The notes under the pieces: model-generated
What the model was told of the DNA's origin: nothing
Databases searched by the model: none
What the model saw: only the letters and a program-made list of their open reading frames with translations
Shown here: positions 26,830-40,630 of the stretch, piece by piece
Layout of the letters: each line of letters opens with the position of its first letter
Position numbering within the stretch: position 1 is the first letter of the stretch
NCBI GenBank assembly: GCA_024679065.1
Contig: JAGIQG010000009.1
Span: forward strand, 51,336,001-51,400,000
Direction of reading: 5' to 3'
Origin: Sphyrna mokarran
Lineage: Eukaryota
Length of the DNA: 64,000 nucleotides
Translations under genes and position numbers: made by a program

Positions 26830-27489
26830 TTCCCAACCTCAATTTAATGCCTGCGTGTGCATTTGACCACTGAGAAAAGCTAAAATGATCTTCTAAATAA
26901 CTGAATTCCTCTTAAAAGCAAACCCTTCCTGACATGGCACCTAATCTTACTAAAATGGTACTTATCAGCAGCTCACATTTCAAGTTACCTTGTAGTAATT
27001 TTTTTCTCTGATATTTGTTTTCCAGTAACACTTTTCTCCTTCCTGTTTGGTTTCTTGGTTCCATGTACCATCATGGCTTAAAAGTTAGGGAAATTATGAT
27101 CAGTAAAAGTCATGGCATTTTTCATTTCATTAGTCTGGATTCAGCAATTCTGGCTGAAATCAATTAATTTAAATGAGTCAAGGATTGGACTTGGGATATT
27201 CCTGGCCTGTATTTATGAACTGGCAGAATGCTTACTAACTGACTCACTGGGCTAATACCATCACATTTTTTTTGAAGAATTTGTTTTCCCTATGAACTGG
27301 TGATCTTAGCAACAATCATTCACCTTGGATTACTGATAACTATACAAATAGCTATACAAATAGAAGCCAACATATGAATTGGCTTTTGTTATCAGGTATA
27401 TAGAGCCAAAGAGACAATGGAAAACATCACCACAGCAAACTCTAAGCTGAAGCAGCTGTTATTCTTTGATATTTAATGAACAAAAGGTT

Positions 27490-27732
27490 AGTAAGAAGTC
27501 TCACAACCCTATGTTAAAGTCAAACAGGTTTACTTGGTAGCAAAAGCCACTAGCTTTGGAAGTGCTGCTTCTTTGTCAGATAAGTGGATGTTCTGTTCAG
27601 AAATGGGGCATATAAAGATACAACCTCAATTTACAAAATAATGGTTGGAATGTGAGTCTTTACAGGTAATCAAGTCTTGGAGGTATAGACAATGTGAGTG
27701 CAGAGAGGGTTAAGCACAGGCTGAAGAGATGT
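27490..27732 (-). mobile_element. Penelope-like element pLTR fragment
   Basis: Similarity to 16504-16735. Confidence 0.8.
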
Positions 27733-27804
27733 TTACACACATCTTACTAATACACATTTAATTTACACGTTAATATACGTCCCCTTAACCTGTACTTAAT
27801 TATT

Positions 27805-29000
27805 CCTCCTGTACTGGGTTTGCTGCTACACTGTTATGCTGCTCAACACTGGATTCATCATTATCCACTCAATGGCTCCAAACTGGATTTGCTCATGTGT
27901 TCCTGCGCTGCTCAATGGGGTTCACTGATCTTTTCCTTCACCGCTTCACACTAGAATCGCTACTCTCCTGGGTTCACCACTGTCTTCCTGCACTGCTTCA
28001 TAAAGATTTTTTAGTTCTCCTCCACCATTTCTGCACACAAGTTCTGGTGGCTCATCTGTGCTGGTTCACACTACAATTGCCACTCTTCTCCAGCATTGCT
28101 CCACATTGGGTAGGACAGTCCACCTCCTTCTACACTCTTTGAAATTCAGATCTTCACTCTCCTGCCGCATTGCTCCACACTGTTCGCCATCTATGCGCAC
28201 TGTTCAATTGGGATCACCGTACTCTGCCTGCACTGGTCTATGCTGGTTTCGTTTCTTTTCTCCTTCATTGCTTTACACTCTATTCATCCTTCTCATGCTT
28301 CCACTGTTCCAGACTGGATTTATCTATACCTCCTGCATTGCTCCATATTTGATTTACTGTATTCTTCTCACATTGCTCCACACTGGTTTCATTGCTTTTC
28401 TCCCGTGCTGCTCACACACGAGTCCATTGCTCTTTTGCTGTACCATTTGAAACTAGGTAGGTCAATAATGTCCTGTGTCACATTATATTAGGTTTGTAGT
28501 TCTCCTTCCACCTTACACCATACTGGGTTCACTGCTCTGATCCCGCATTGCTTCATACCAGGTTGCCAATTCCACCTGCGCTGCTAAACATTGCTTTCGC
28601 CGTACTCCTAACACATTGTTCTACACTGGGCTCACAAGTCTCACTGCTTCATATTCAATACATCTCTCTCCTCTTGTGCTGCTTTGCACTGGGTTGACTC
28701 CTGTCTTCCCACTCTGCTGCGTACTGATTTCTTCCTCTTCTGCTAGGCTGCTCCACTTCTGGGTTTGCTGTCATGCTCTCATGTTCTACCTTGGGATCAT
28801 CACTTATCTTCTTACTAACACACTATTGTACACTCGGATCAGTTCACTGGTTCCACATTGTGTTATACAAGTTTGCCCCCAGTCCATTCAAGTGGAGATT
28901 AAACACTCTCCACTTCTACTGTTCGTCATTAGGATCATCGTCTTCATCCTGGACTACTCCATATAAGGTTCACCACCCTCCTCCTGCACTGCTTCACACT
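27805..29000. repeat. 35-bp array block
   Basis: Periodic ctgctccacactggg variants; complete higher-order block. Confidence 0.85.
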
Positions 29001-29250
29001 TGCTACAACACTCAAAATAAGTTCTCAGGTGACAGAGCAATCCACTGTACAAGCTACAATCTCTATCATGTGTTGGGAAGATGGGGATTGAAGGGATGGG
29101 TGAGTAGGTGGAATGCTACACACTCTTTTTCCTGATACCACTTGACTTCCACATGCTCTCATGATGAGTATCAAGGTGTTCAGCTCCTTCTCAGATGCTT
29201 TTCATCTACTTCAGGCTGTCTTGGACATGGGATTCCCTGGTCATCACTGA
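29001..29250 (-). mobile_element. RTE 3' tip
   Basis: Homologous to 30421-30660. Confidence 0.75.
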
Positions 29251-30420
29251 TTTACCAATCTCCCATATCTCTCCACGCTGAGTTCATTCTTCCATCTCCT
29301 ACCCACACTCTTCTAACTGAGATCTCTGCTCTCCTCTCACGTCATACTGTATTTGCCATCGAGGCACACTGCTCAACTTGTTTCACAGTATCTGCCCACT
29401 CTGGGCCACACTGGTTGCACGGTGGTCCATATTGTGTTCAGCTTTCTTCTTTTCCACTGCTCCAGAATGGATTTATCATTCTCTTTCTGTACTGCTCCAT
29501 CTGCGATTTGACTCATTCTTCTCTCATTGCTCCATACTGGTTTCATCTCTCTTCTCCCGTGCTGCTTGCACTTGGTTCACTGCTCTCCAACTACACCATG
29601 GCAAACTTGGCTCATTTATGTCCTGAGTCACATTATATTGAGTTCTCAGGTCTCCTCCATACTTGGTTCACTCCTCTGCTCACACGATGCTTCATACTAG
29701 GTTGCTTATTTCAACAGTGCTGCTCCATACTGCTTTTGCCAACCTCCTTACACATTGTCCTATACTTGGTTCGCCACTCTCACTGCTTCACACTGAATTC
29801 AACGTTCCCCTCTTGCATTGCTCTGCACTGGGTTTGCTGCCATGCTCTCATCCTGTTCTACCCTGGGATCACCACTCATCTCCTTACTAGCATGGAATCA
29901 GCACTTTGATCCTGTGTTGCATTATACAAATTAGCTGTAATCCCCCCCCCCCCCACTTAGCTCAACACTCTGTCCCATCCTCATCCCGCAAAACTTCATA
30001 CTGGATTTTTCACCCTTCTCTTGCATTGCTCCAGACTAGGAATACAACTCTCTTCTCATGCTTCTGCACACTTACTTACAACATCAAAATAAGTTCTCAG
30101 ATGATGAAGCCGTCCAGTGCACAACCTACAAACTCCAACACAAGTGGAGTAGATGGGGTTGTTCTACCCTGGGATCTCCACTCACTTAATTATAAACACA
30201 CTGACGTACAGTGAAATGAGCTCTCTGGTCCCGCATTGTGTTATACAAGTTCATCACTAAACCCCCACTCCATTCAACACTCGATTAAACATTCTCCTCT
30301 CCCACTGCTCCTTACTAGGATCACCATCATCATCCTGTGCTACTCCATACTGGGTTTGCCACTCTTATCCTACATTGCTCCGCATTGGCGCTGCCACTCT
30401 TCTCCCACGCTTCTGCTTAC
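29251..30420. repeat. 35-bp array block with a short RTE tip (~30075-30155) and a locally duplicated terminal block
   Basis: Terminal block gttctaccctgggatc present at ~29855 and ~30160. Confidence 0.8.
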
Positions 30421-32344
30421 TTGCTACAATGCTCAAAATCAGTTCTCAGATGACAGAGCAGTCCAATGCTCGACCTAAAATCCCTATCACAGTTGGGGCA
30501 GATAGGAATTGGAGGTGTGAGTGGATTGCTACACACTACTTTCCCTAATGACTGATCACTTCTACTTACTCTCAGCGATGAAGAGCAAGGTGCTGAGCTC
30601 CTCCACAGATGCTTTTCATCCACTTCAGGCAGTCTTGGTCATGGAGTTCTCTGGTGTTGACTGGCTTGTTATAAGTTTTGCAAAGGTTTTAGGGATATAT
30701 CAAAGGTCCGATTATAGCATTTGTTTTGGGAGTCTCGTGTCAGACTGTGGCCCACCCAGCAGAGCTGATTCAGCATGTTCAATGCTTTGATGCTGGGGAT
30801 ATTGATCTGAAGTAGAACACTGATGTACGTGTGCCAATGCTGCCAATGGATTTGCAGGATATTGCAGAGGCATAGCCGGAGGTATTTCTCCAGGATTTTG
30901 AAATGCCTTCTGTACATGCCTGAGGAATTCATTACCAGAGGAAGTACTTGATGCCAAAACATTGAACATATTTAAGAAGCAGCTGGATATAGCACTTGGG
31001 GTGAATGGGATCAAAGGTTATGGGGAACAAGCAGGATTAGGCTATTGAGTTGGATGATCAGCCCATGATTGTAATGATTGGGCGGCACAGTAGCACACCG
31101 GTTAGCACTGCTGGGTTTGATTCCTGGCTTGGGTCACAGTCTGTGTGGAGTTGCACATTCTCCTCGTGTCTGTGTGGGTTTCTATCAGGTGCTCCGGTTT
31201 CCTCCCACAGTCCAAAGATGTGCAGGATAGGCTGATTGGCCATGCTTAAATTGCCCCTTAGTATCCTGGGATTAGTGGGTAAAATATATAGAGATATGGG
31301 GGTAGGGCCTGGGTGGTATTCAGTGGGCCAAATGGCTTCTCTCTGTACTGTAGAGTTTCTATGGTTTTATTTCTATGGATTGGTGGAGCAGGCTCGATGG
31401 GCTAAATGGCCTCCTTCTGCTGCTATCTCCTATCCATGTGTCCGAACCATATACATGGGCAGTAACACACTGTCCTGTCGATCATCAGCTTTGTGCTGGG
31501 TCTGAGTTCCTGATCTTCAAACACTTCTTCAGGTGACTGAAGGCTGTGCTGGCACACTGAGGACAAGGTTGAAGGTCACTGTTGTTGTCTACCCTTGTTG
31601 ACACTGTTTGATTCTGATAACCCGATGGGTGGGGGTTCATGTTTGTGTGACAAGAGCAGTTTGGAAAAGGATCTTGATCTTAGGAATATTTAGTGTAAGA
31701 CCAATACTCTCATACATCTTAGTGAAGGTGATGATGATGACTTGGAACTTGGCCTCCAAACATGCACAGACATAAGCATCGTTTGCATTATGTAATTCAA
31801 ATGACAGAGGACGGAATGACCTTGGATCAGGATGCTGAACAGATTCTTGTTTGATCTGTAATTTAGCTATTCTCTAATGGCAGCTTGCTCAGGATGAGAT
31901 GGAGAATTGCAGGAAGCAAGACTGAGAAGAGCACGATTGTCATAAAGTCAGAGTCATCAAGGTTTACAGCATGCAAACAGGTCCTTTGGCTCACCTTGTC
32001 CATGTTAACCTCTTTAGTAACCCCCAGTTACCTGCGTTTGGCCCATATCCCTTCATATCCATCTTATCCACGTAATTGTCTAAACGCTTTTTAAAAGACA
32101 TGATGACACAGAATTGTTTGATTCCATCCTGAAAATGAATTGGATCTGTGGTGGATTCATTGGTCAGGATCACAGCTTGCATGTCATTGTGGAGCAGGTG
32201 GAGAATGATGACAAATATTTGGAGCAGCTGAAACGGAGGAGAGTGCTCCATAATCCCTCGGGATTGACAATCTTATGATCTTTTATGAGATCAGATGAGG
32301 CCATGCACAAGGGTTTCTGCTGTTCTCTATCTTGTAGTTGCTGC
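30421..32344 (-). mobile_element. RTE 3' half (RT to C-terminal C2H2 finger) with nested insertions
   Basis: CPNCDRDFRSSIGLLCHLRT, LCNILQIHWQ..NIPSI, ILHLLHNDMQAVILTN motifs. Confidence 0.85.
30922..31440 (+). mobile_element. CR1 3' tail with a full-length HE1 SINE nested at 31080-31376
   Basis: CR1 tail split at atgatt/ggatt; SINE starts gggcggcacagtagcac and ends ttctatgg. Confidence 0.85.
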
Positions 32345-33500
32345 TTGATGTAGTGAGTCTTCCTAACTGTTCCACCCTGGGATTACTGCTGTGGTGCTCA
32401 ACATTGGATTTGTTGCTCTCTTCCCAGATGACTCCATACTGAGTTCGGCGCTCTGCCCCTGAGATGCTCAATGGGGTTCACCAACCACTTCTTGTGCTGC
32501 TCAACATTCGCTTCACCATGCTCCTTCCATACGCGACTCTGGGTTCACTGCTCTGCTCAGACACTGCTCCCCTGATTTCACAACTGTCCTCCACTGTACT
32601 GCTACACAATGTTTCATTGCTCTTCTCCCAAGCTGCTACATGTTCCTCTCATCCTGCATTACTTCACACAGAGATTGCCACTGTTTTCACACAATGCATT
32701 CACCCCTCCACCTCCTCCCATACTCTTTTAAACTGGGATCTGTGCAATCCTCCCAATCAGCTCCATACTAGTTCACCATCCATACACACTCCTCGACTGG
32801 GTTCATCACACTCTGCCTATAATAGTTCTGTTGATCTCATCCCACAATGGTCCATACTGCCTTCACTTCTCTCATCCTCTACTGCTCCAGATTGGATTTA
32901 CTACTCTCATGTGCTACTCCATATTCGGCTTGCCATACTCTTCTCTCATTGCTCCATACTGCTTCTGTCACTTTTCTCCTTTGCTGTTCACACTGGATTC
33001 GTTGCTCCTCTATTCCAAACTGCACCCATTGTTTATGTCCTGTTTCACATTGTATTGAGATTGCAGCTCCTCTCCTGCATCAGACCATTCTGGGTTCCCT
33101 GCTCTGTCCCACAATGCTTCATGCTAGGTTGCCAATTTCCCCCACACTGTCTTCACCGTCTCTGAACAAATCATTCTACACCTGGTTTGCCAATCTCGCT
33201 GCTCCACACTAGATTCATCTCTCACCTCTAATGCTGCTGAGAACTGGGTTTGCCGCCATTCTTTCGTGCTGTTCTACCCTGGGATCAACATAACCTCCTT
33301 AAAAAAACACCTCCTTAAATAACACATTATACAATTTACCGCTGTCTCCCCACTTCACTCAACTTTCAATTGAACACTGTCCTCCCTCACTGCTCCTCAT
33401 TAGGATCACCATCCTCATCTCCTGCTACTCCATACTGGGTTTGCCACCCTTTTCCTGCACTGTGCCACACTGGACATGCCACTCTTCTCCGTTCTTCTCC
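32345..33500. repeat. 35-bp array block
   Basis: Same ordered monomer variants as 27805-29000. Confidence 0.85.
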
Positions 33501-35308
33501 ATACTTAATAAGTTCTCAGGTGATGGAGAAGTCCAAGGACTTCTATTGTGTGCAGTTCCGGTCACCTCACTATAAGAAGGATGTGGAAACATTGGAAAGA
33601 GTGTAGAGAAGATTTACCAGGATGCTGCCTGGTTTGGAGGGTAGGTCTTATGAGGAAAGGTTGAGGGAGCTCGGGTTTTTCTCTTTAGGGTAGAAGAGGA
33701 TGAAAGGCAATTTAATAGAAGTTTATAAGATGATGAGGAGGATAGATAGAGTGGACATGCAGAGACTATTTCCTTGGGTAGATGTAGTTATTACTAGGGG
33801 GCACAATTATAAGATTCATGGTGGGAGATAATAAGGGGGATGTCTGAGATAGATTCTTTCTTCACAGAGTGGTTGTGGTGTGGATAGTGGAGTCAGATAT
33901 TTTAGGAACTTTCAAGCTGTTTATTGGATAGGCACATGGAACACACCAGAATGATAAGGAGTGGGATAGCTTAATTTTGAGTTTGAACATAGCTCGGCAC
34001 AACATCGAGGATCAAAGGACCTGTACTGTGCTGAACTGTTCTATGACCACCTACAATTTCTATTGCAAGTGGGGAAAATGAGGTTAGAGGAGTGGGTGGA
34101 TGGTTGGATTGCTCCATACTCCTTTCCCTGACAATCCTCAGCTTCCGTTTGCTCTCAATGATGAAGATCAAGGTGTTCAGCATGTGTTTTTCATCCAGTT
34201 CAGGCAGTCGTGGGCACTGGATTCCCTGATGGTGAGAATTTTGTAAGTTTTGAGGAAGTTTTCAGGATGTTCTTGATGCATTTTCTTTGCCCTCCTGGGG
34301 CTCGCTTGCTGTATTGAAGCTCCAAGCACAGCGTTTGCTTTGAGAGTCTCATGTCAGACATGTGGATGATGTGGCCTGCCCAGCAGAGCTGACTGAGTGC
34401 AATCAATGCCTCGATGCTGGGGATATTGATTTGAGCAAGAACACTGACTTTTGTGTGCATATGCAGATAATGGATTTGCAGGATGTTGCAGAGACAGCGC
34501 TGGTGGTACTTCTCCAGGGCTTTGTCTGCTGTTCGTAATCCACAGCTCCGAGCTACGTGCGTGCTAATACTACTGCACTGTATACATTGAGCTTTATGCT
34601 GGGTCTAAGTTCCTGATCTTCAATCACTTCCTCAGGTGACTGAAGGCTGTGTTGGCACACTGAAGGCAGTTTTAAAGCTCCTTGTTATTGTCTGCCCTTG
34701 TTGATAGTGGGTACCCAAGTTATGAAAAGTGGTCCACATTTGCCAAGGCTTGGTTATTGATGCTGATAATTGGTCGGGGTGGGACAGTTCTGTATGATGA
34801 GGGTGGGTTGGAAGAGGACCTTTGTCTCACTAATACTTAGTGTAACGCCCTTGCTCTCATCTGTCTTGGTGAAGGTGTTGATGATGGCTTGGATCTAGGC
34901 ATGCAATTGTGCACAGATGGCAGCATCATTTGCAATGTGTAGCTCAATGACAGAGGATGATCGACGTTCAATCAGGCCTATAAATATTTGATGCTGAACA
35001 GATTCTTGTTTGTTCTGTAATTTAACTACTCCAGTGGCAGCTTGCTTAGGATGAGGTGGAGCAATTTCAGGAAGTAAGATTAGGAAGAGTGTTAACAACA
35101 CAGAATTACGTGACCCCATTCCAAAAGTGAATTGGATCTATGATGGATCCATTGCTCATGATCAAGGGTCACATGTCATGGTGGAGCAAGTGGAAAATGG
35201 GAACAAGCTTTTGAGGAGCCGAAATGGAGGAGAGTGCACCATAATCCTGTAGGGTTGACATTGTTGAAGACTTTTATGAGATCAAAGAAGGCTATATACA
35301 ACGGTTGG
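33501..35308 (-). mobile_element. RTE 3' half
   Basis: QPLYIAFFDLIKVFNNVNP.GLW.TLLHFG; SVLAQINIPSIEALI..QLCWAGHIIHMSD.RL.KQ.L..EL..KRAPGGQRK. Confidence 0.9.
33541..34045 (+). mobile_element. CR1 3' fragment inserted in RTE tip
   Basis: YCVQFRSPHYKKDVETLERV; tail ctgtactgtgctg..ctgttctatg. Confidence 0.9.
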
Positions 35309-36064
35309 TCCTCCCACACTGCTTCACTCGTGCACTGCTCGACTGGGTTCCCTGCACTAGTCCACACTGGTTTCCTCACTCTCTTTCCACAATAGTCCAC
35401 ACTGTTTTCACCTCTTGCTTCTTCCATTGCTCCAGATTGGATTTATTGCTCTCCTCCTGTGCTGCAGATATTCGACTCAACGTGTTCCTTACATTGATCC
35501 ACTCTGGTTTCATTGTTCTTTCTTCATGCTGCTCGCATTGCTCCCATTGCTCTTCTACTGCACCACCCACATTATATTAAGTTTACAGGTCTCCTCCACA
35601 TCACTCCATAGTTGCTTCATGGCTCAGCTCCCACCATGCTTCATGATGGTTTGCCGAGTTCATCCCCGCTGCTCCGCACTGCTTTCACTATCCTCCTAAT
35701 GTTGTTCTACGCCTGGTTCGTCAAACTTGCTGCTCCATACAGGGTTCATTAATCCTCGCTTGTGTTGCTCCACACTGTTGCTTGCTATTGTCCTCTCGTG
35801 CTGTTCTATTCTGGGGTGATAACTCACCTCCTTACCAACATAACACACTATTGTATACTGGGAACAGCTCTCTGGTACCCGTTGCGTTATTCAACTTTAT
35901 TGCCACACACCCCACTCCACTCAACACTCAATTTAACGCTCTCCTCTCCCACTGTTCCTCAGTAAGATCACTGTCCTCATTCCATGTTATTCCGTACTGG
36001 GTTTGCTACATGTCTCCTGCTCTGTTCCACACTGAGTATCAGCTCTTCCCCACATTTCTCTGCA
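35309..36064. repeat. 35-bp array block (partial)
   Basis: Middle and terminal higher-order blocks present. Confidence 0.85.
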
Positions 36065-36435
36065 CTTGCTACAACATTCAAATGAAATTTGCAGATGACA
36101 GAGCAGTCCATTGGCAACCTACAGTCTATCACAGGTGAAGAAGATGGAGATTTGGAAGATTGGGTAAGTGGGTGGACTGCTACATGTTCCTTTCCTGACA
36201 CCACTCAGCTTCCACTTGCTCTCAGTGATGAAGATCAATGTGTTCAGCTCCTTCTTTGAGCCATACAAGAGGGTGGTAACACTTCCACCCCACAATGACC
36301 TCTATTCTGGGACTGAGTTCCTGATCTTCGAACACTTCCTCAGACACCAGAAGAATGTGCTAGCATATTGAAGACAGTATTGAAGCTTGTTGTTGCTGTC
36401 TGTGCTTGTTAACAGTGTGCCTCCAAGGTATGAAG
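36065..36435 (-). mobile_element. RTE 3' fragment, internally deleted
   Basis: Homology to neighbouring RTE copies. Confidence 0.75.
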
Positions 36436-37725
36436 AGCATACTGAGTTTGTTGTTATCCACCCACATGGCTCCCCATTGGTTTTGGTGCTCTGCTCCTAT
36501 GCTGCTCAACAGGGTTCACCAATCTCCTCCAGCACTGCTGCACACTGGGATCACTGCTGTCCTCATGCACTGCTCCATATTGAGTTCACCACTCTCCTAC
36601 TACTCTGTTCCCCTGGGTTCACCAATGTCCTTCCACACTGTTACACAAAAGTTTTGTCACTTACCACCTGAGTTGCTGCATGCAGGTTTTGTTCCTTTCA
36701 TCCTGTGTTGCTTCACACGGGGTTCATCAGTCCAACTCCTCCCACTCTCTTCTAAATCTAAATCTCCACTCTCGTTCCGCGCTGCTCCATACTGGGTTTG
36801 CCATCTATGCGCACTACTTTACTGGGTTCACCGGACTCTACTGGGCCACGCTAGTTTTGTCACTATCCTCCCGCAATGGTCCATACTGCATTTACCTTTA
36901 TCCTACTGCACTGCTCCACACTATTTTCGTCTTTCTCCTCCTCCACTGCTCCAGACTGGATTTATCACTCTCCTCTTGCACTGCTCCATATACAATTCAC
37001 CGTACGTCTCTTGCATTGCTCCACACTGGTTTCATTGCTTTTCTCCTGTGCTATTCTTATTGGGTTCATTGGTCCACTACTGAATTACTTGCAATTGGGC
37101 TCATTCTTTATGTCCTGCTTCACATTATATTGTGTTCAAAGCACTCCTCCCGCATCACTCCGCACTGCTTTCATCGTTCTGCACCCACAATACTTCATAG
37201 TAGGTTGCTCATTCTACCCTCACTGCTCTACACTATTTTGGCCAACCCCCTAACACATTGTTTGACACTTGGGTCACCAATCTTGCTGCTCCATGCTGGA
37301 TTCATCCCTCACTCCTCTTGTGCTGCTTCACGCTGCATTGACCGCTGTCCTCCTGTTCTTCACTATACTTATTTCCTTCCTCTTGCACTACACCACTTCA
37401 GACTAGGTTCAGTTTTCCTTTCTTGCACTGCTTCACATTGGGTTTGCTGCCATTCTTTCATGCCATGCTGTACTGGGATCATTGCTCACTTCCTTACTAA
37501 CACAATGTTATTAACTGGGATTAGCTGTCTGGTCCCACGTTACATGATTCGTCACTGCTAAAACCTTCCCATTCTGCTCAATATTCGGTTGAGTGCTCTC
37601 CACTCCCACTGTTTCTCAATAGAATCTCCTTCCTCATCCCGCAATACTCCATATAGGGTTTGCCACACTCCTCCTGTGCTACCTACACTGGGCATGTCAC
37701 TTCCCTCCCACACTTCTCCATACTT
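36436..37725. repeat. 35-bp array block
   Basis: Near-complete higher-order block. Confidence 0.85.
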
Positions 37726-39010
37726 CCTATAACATTCAAAATAAGTTCTCAGATGATGGAACAGTCCACAAGATACAAGCTGCATCACAAGTAGAGCAAG
37801 CAGGGATTGGAGGAGTAGGTGAATGTGTTGATTGCTATGCACTCCTTTCCCTGATAACACTTGGTTTCTGCTTGCTCTTGGTATTCAGGTCCTTCTCAAA
37901 TGCTTTTCATTCATTTCAGATGGTTTTGGGCAGTTGACTTCCTGGTGTTGTTGGGGGTTTTGCGGAGGTCTTGAGGCTGTTCTTGCTGCAATTTCTCTGC
38001 TCTCTTGGGTCTCATTTGTTGTATTGGAGCTCTGAGTACAACATTTGCTTTGGGAGTGTTGTGTCAGACACATGGACAATGTGACCAGCCCAACAGAGCT
38101 GACTCAGCATAGACAATGCTTTGATGCTAGAAATATTGACCTGACCAAGAGCACTGATGTTGGTGTACCTATGCTGCCCACGGATTTGCAAGACCTTGCA
38201 GAGTCAGCGCTGCTGTTACCTCTCCAGGGTTTAAGTTGCCTGCAGTATAAAGTCCATTCTCTGAGCCATACAAAAGGGTTGTAACACATAGTCCTGGAGA
38301 CCATGAGCTTTGTGCTGGCTCTTGAGTTCCTGATCTTCAAACATTTCTTCAGATGACTGAAGGACAGGGTTGAAGCTCATTGTTGTCTGCCGTTGTTGAT
38401 AGTGGGCTCCTAATGTATAGAAAAAGTCCATATTTACCAATGCCTTGTTGCCTATTTTAATAATTCGGGGGGCAATTCTGTGGCGAGGGCAGGTTTGCCT
38501 TATAGATATTTAGTGTAAGGGCCATATTCCCATACGTCTTGAAGGAGTTGAAGATGGCTTGGATCTTGGCAATCAATTACATGAGCATCATCTGCATAAC
38601 GTAGTTCCATGCAGCTGATGAGATGAGCTTGGATCAGGGCTGTACATATTGGCTGCTAAATAGATTCCTGGTTGTTCTGTAATTTACTTCGATTCCAGTG
38701 GAGCTTGCTGAGGGTGAAACGGAGGGTGAGTTGCAGGAAACAAGATCGAGAAATGCGGTGGTATGATGACACAGAGTACATGACCCCATTCCGAAAGTGA
38801 GTTGGTTCTGTGGTGGATCCATTAATCAGGATTACAGATGTGTTGTGGAGCACATGGAGAATGGTGACAGACTTTTGGAGCAGCTAAAACAGAGGGTTTA
38901 TGAGCTAAATAATCCATCAGGGTTGACATTGTTGAGGGCAATTAAGTGAGATCAAAGAAGGTCATGTAGAAGGGTTGATTCTGCTCTCTGTATTTCTCTT
39001 GCAGTTGCTG
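37726..39010 (-). mobile_element. RTE 3' half
   Basis: VILINGSTTEPTHFRNGV; FEDQELKSQHK; both shared junctions present. Confidence 0.88.
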
Positions 39011-40630
39011 TTGGATATAATTACTGACCCATACTGTTCCATCCTAGGCTGCTATACTGCTGTGCTTATAGTTCATCATGATCCTTCCACGTGGCTCCAA
39101 ACTGGGTTCAGCGCACTCCTCTTGCATTACTCCATGGGGTTCACTGGTGTCCTCCTGTGCTGCTCAACACTGGGTTCATCACTGTCTTCCCACACTGCTA
39201 CATGAAGTTTTCTTCATTCTTCTCCCAGGCTGCTACACAGAGGTATCGTTCCCCTCATCTTGTCCTGCTCCTTGCTGAGTCACCACTCTTCTCCCGCACT
39301 GTTCCATGCTGAGTTCTTCACTCTCCTGGCACAGAGCTCCACAGTTTGATTTGACCTTTCACTTCCTCCAATATTCTTCTAAACTGGCATCTCCGCTCAC
39401 CTCCCATGCTGCTCCGTATTGGGTTTGCCTTCCATGCACACTGCTTTACTGGGTTCATCACACTGTCTACACTAGGCCACACTGGTTTCCCTACTCTTCT
39501 GCTGTGCTGCTCCACACTGGGTTCAGTACTCTCTTCCTGCACTGCTCCACTCTGGGTTTGCTGCTATACTGCTGCGCTGCACAAAACTGGGCTCATCGCC
39601 CTGCCCCTGTGCTGCTCAGCAGGGTTCACTAATCTCTTTCTGTGTTGTGCCCACTGGGTTCACTGCTCCTTACTACACTCCACCCCTGGGTTCACCACTG
39701 TCTTCCTGCACTGCAACAGAAAGATTTCATTCCCCTATTCCCCTGCTACTGTATGCAGGTTTTGTTCATCTCATCTTGCGCTGCTTCAAACTAGGATCAC
39801 TATTCATGCACACTGCTTGAATGGGTTCATCACACTCTGTCTACACTAACTTCATCACTCTGCTCTGACGATGGTCCACATTGTTTTCATCTCTTTTCTC
39901 CTCCACTGATCCAAACTGGATTTATCAATCTTCTCCTGCGCTGCTCCATATTCAACTCATCATACTCTCCTGCATTGCTCCATGTTGGTTTCATCGCTCT
40001 TCTCCCACACTGAGTTCAATGCTCTCCTGCAGCACCACTTCGAATAGGATCATTGTTTATGTTCTGTGTCACACTATATTGAGTTTACAGTTCTTCTCCC
40101 ACATCACTCCATGCTGGGTTCTCTACCTTGCTCCCGCATTGATTCATATTGGGTTGCTGATTGGACCATGTTGATGCACACTACTTTCACCATCCTTCTA
40201 ACACATTGTTCTATACTTGGTTCACCAATCTCGCTGCTCCAGACTAAATTCATGGATACATCTCCCTTCTCTCTTGCAGCTCCATAATGGGTTGACTGCT
40301 GTCCTCCCACTCTGCTGCATTCTAGTTTCCTTCCCCTTCTGCTGCTCAGCTGCACTCTGGGTTCACTGCTTCCCTTTTGCACTGCTCCACACTGGGATTG
40401 CCAGTCTTTTCATGCTGTTCTACCTTGCAATCACCACCTATCTCCTTATTAACACATAGTTGTACACTGAGATCAGCATTACATTATACAAGTTTGTCGC
40501 TAAACCTCCCATTCCACTCAACACTCTGTTAAATTCCCAACTTTCCCAATGCTCCTCGTTAGGATTACTGTCCTCATCCCGCGCTACTTCATATTGGGTT
40601 TGCCACTCTTCTGCTGCGCTTCTCCACATT
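39011..40630. repeat. 35-bp array block with internal duplication of the start block
   Basis: Start block ctggg(t)ttgctgctatactgctg at ~39043 and again at ~39552. Confidence 0.85.
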
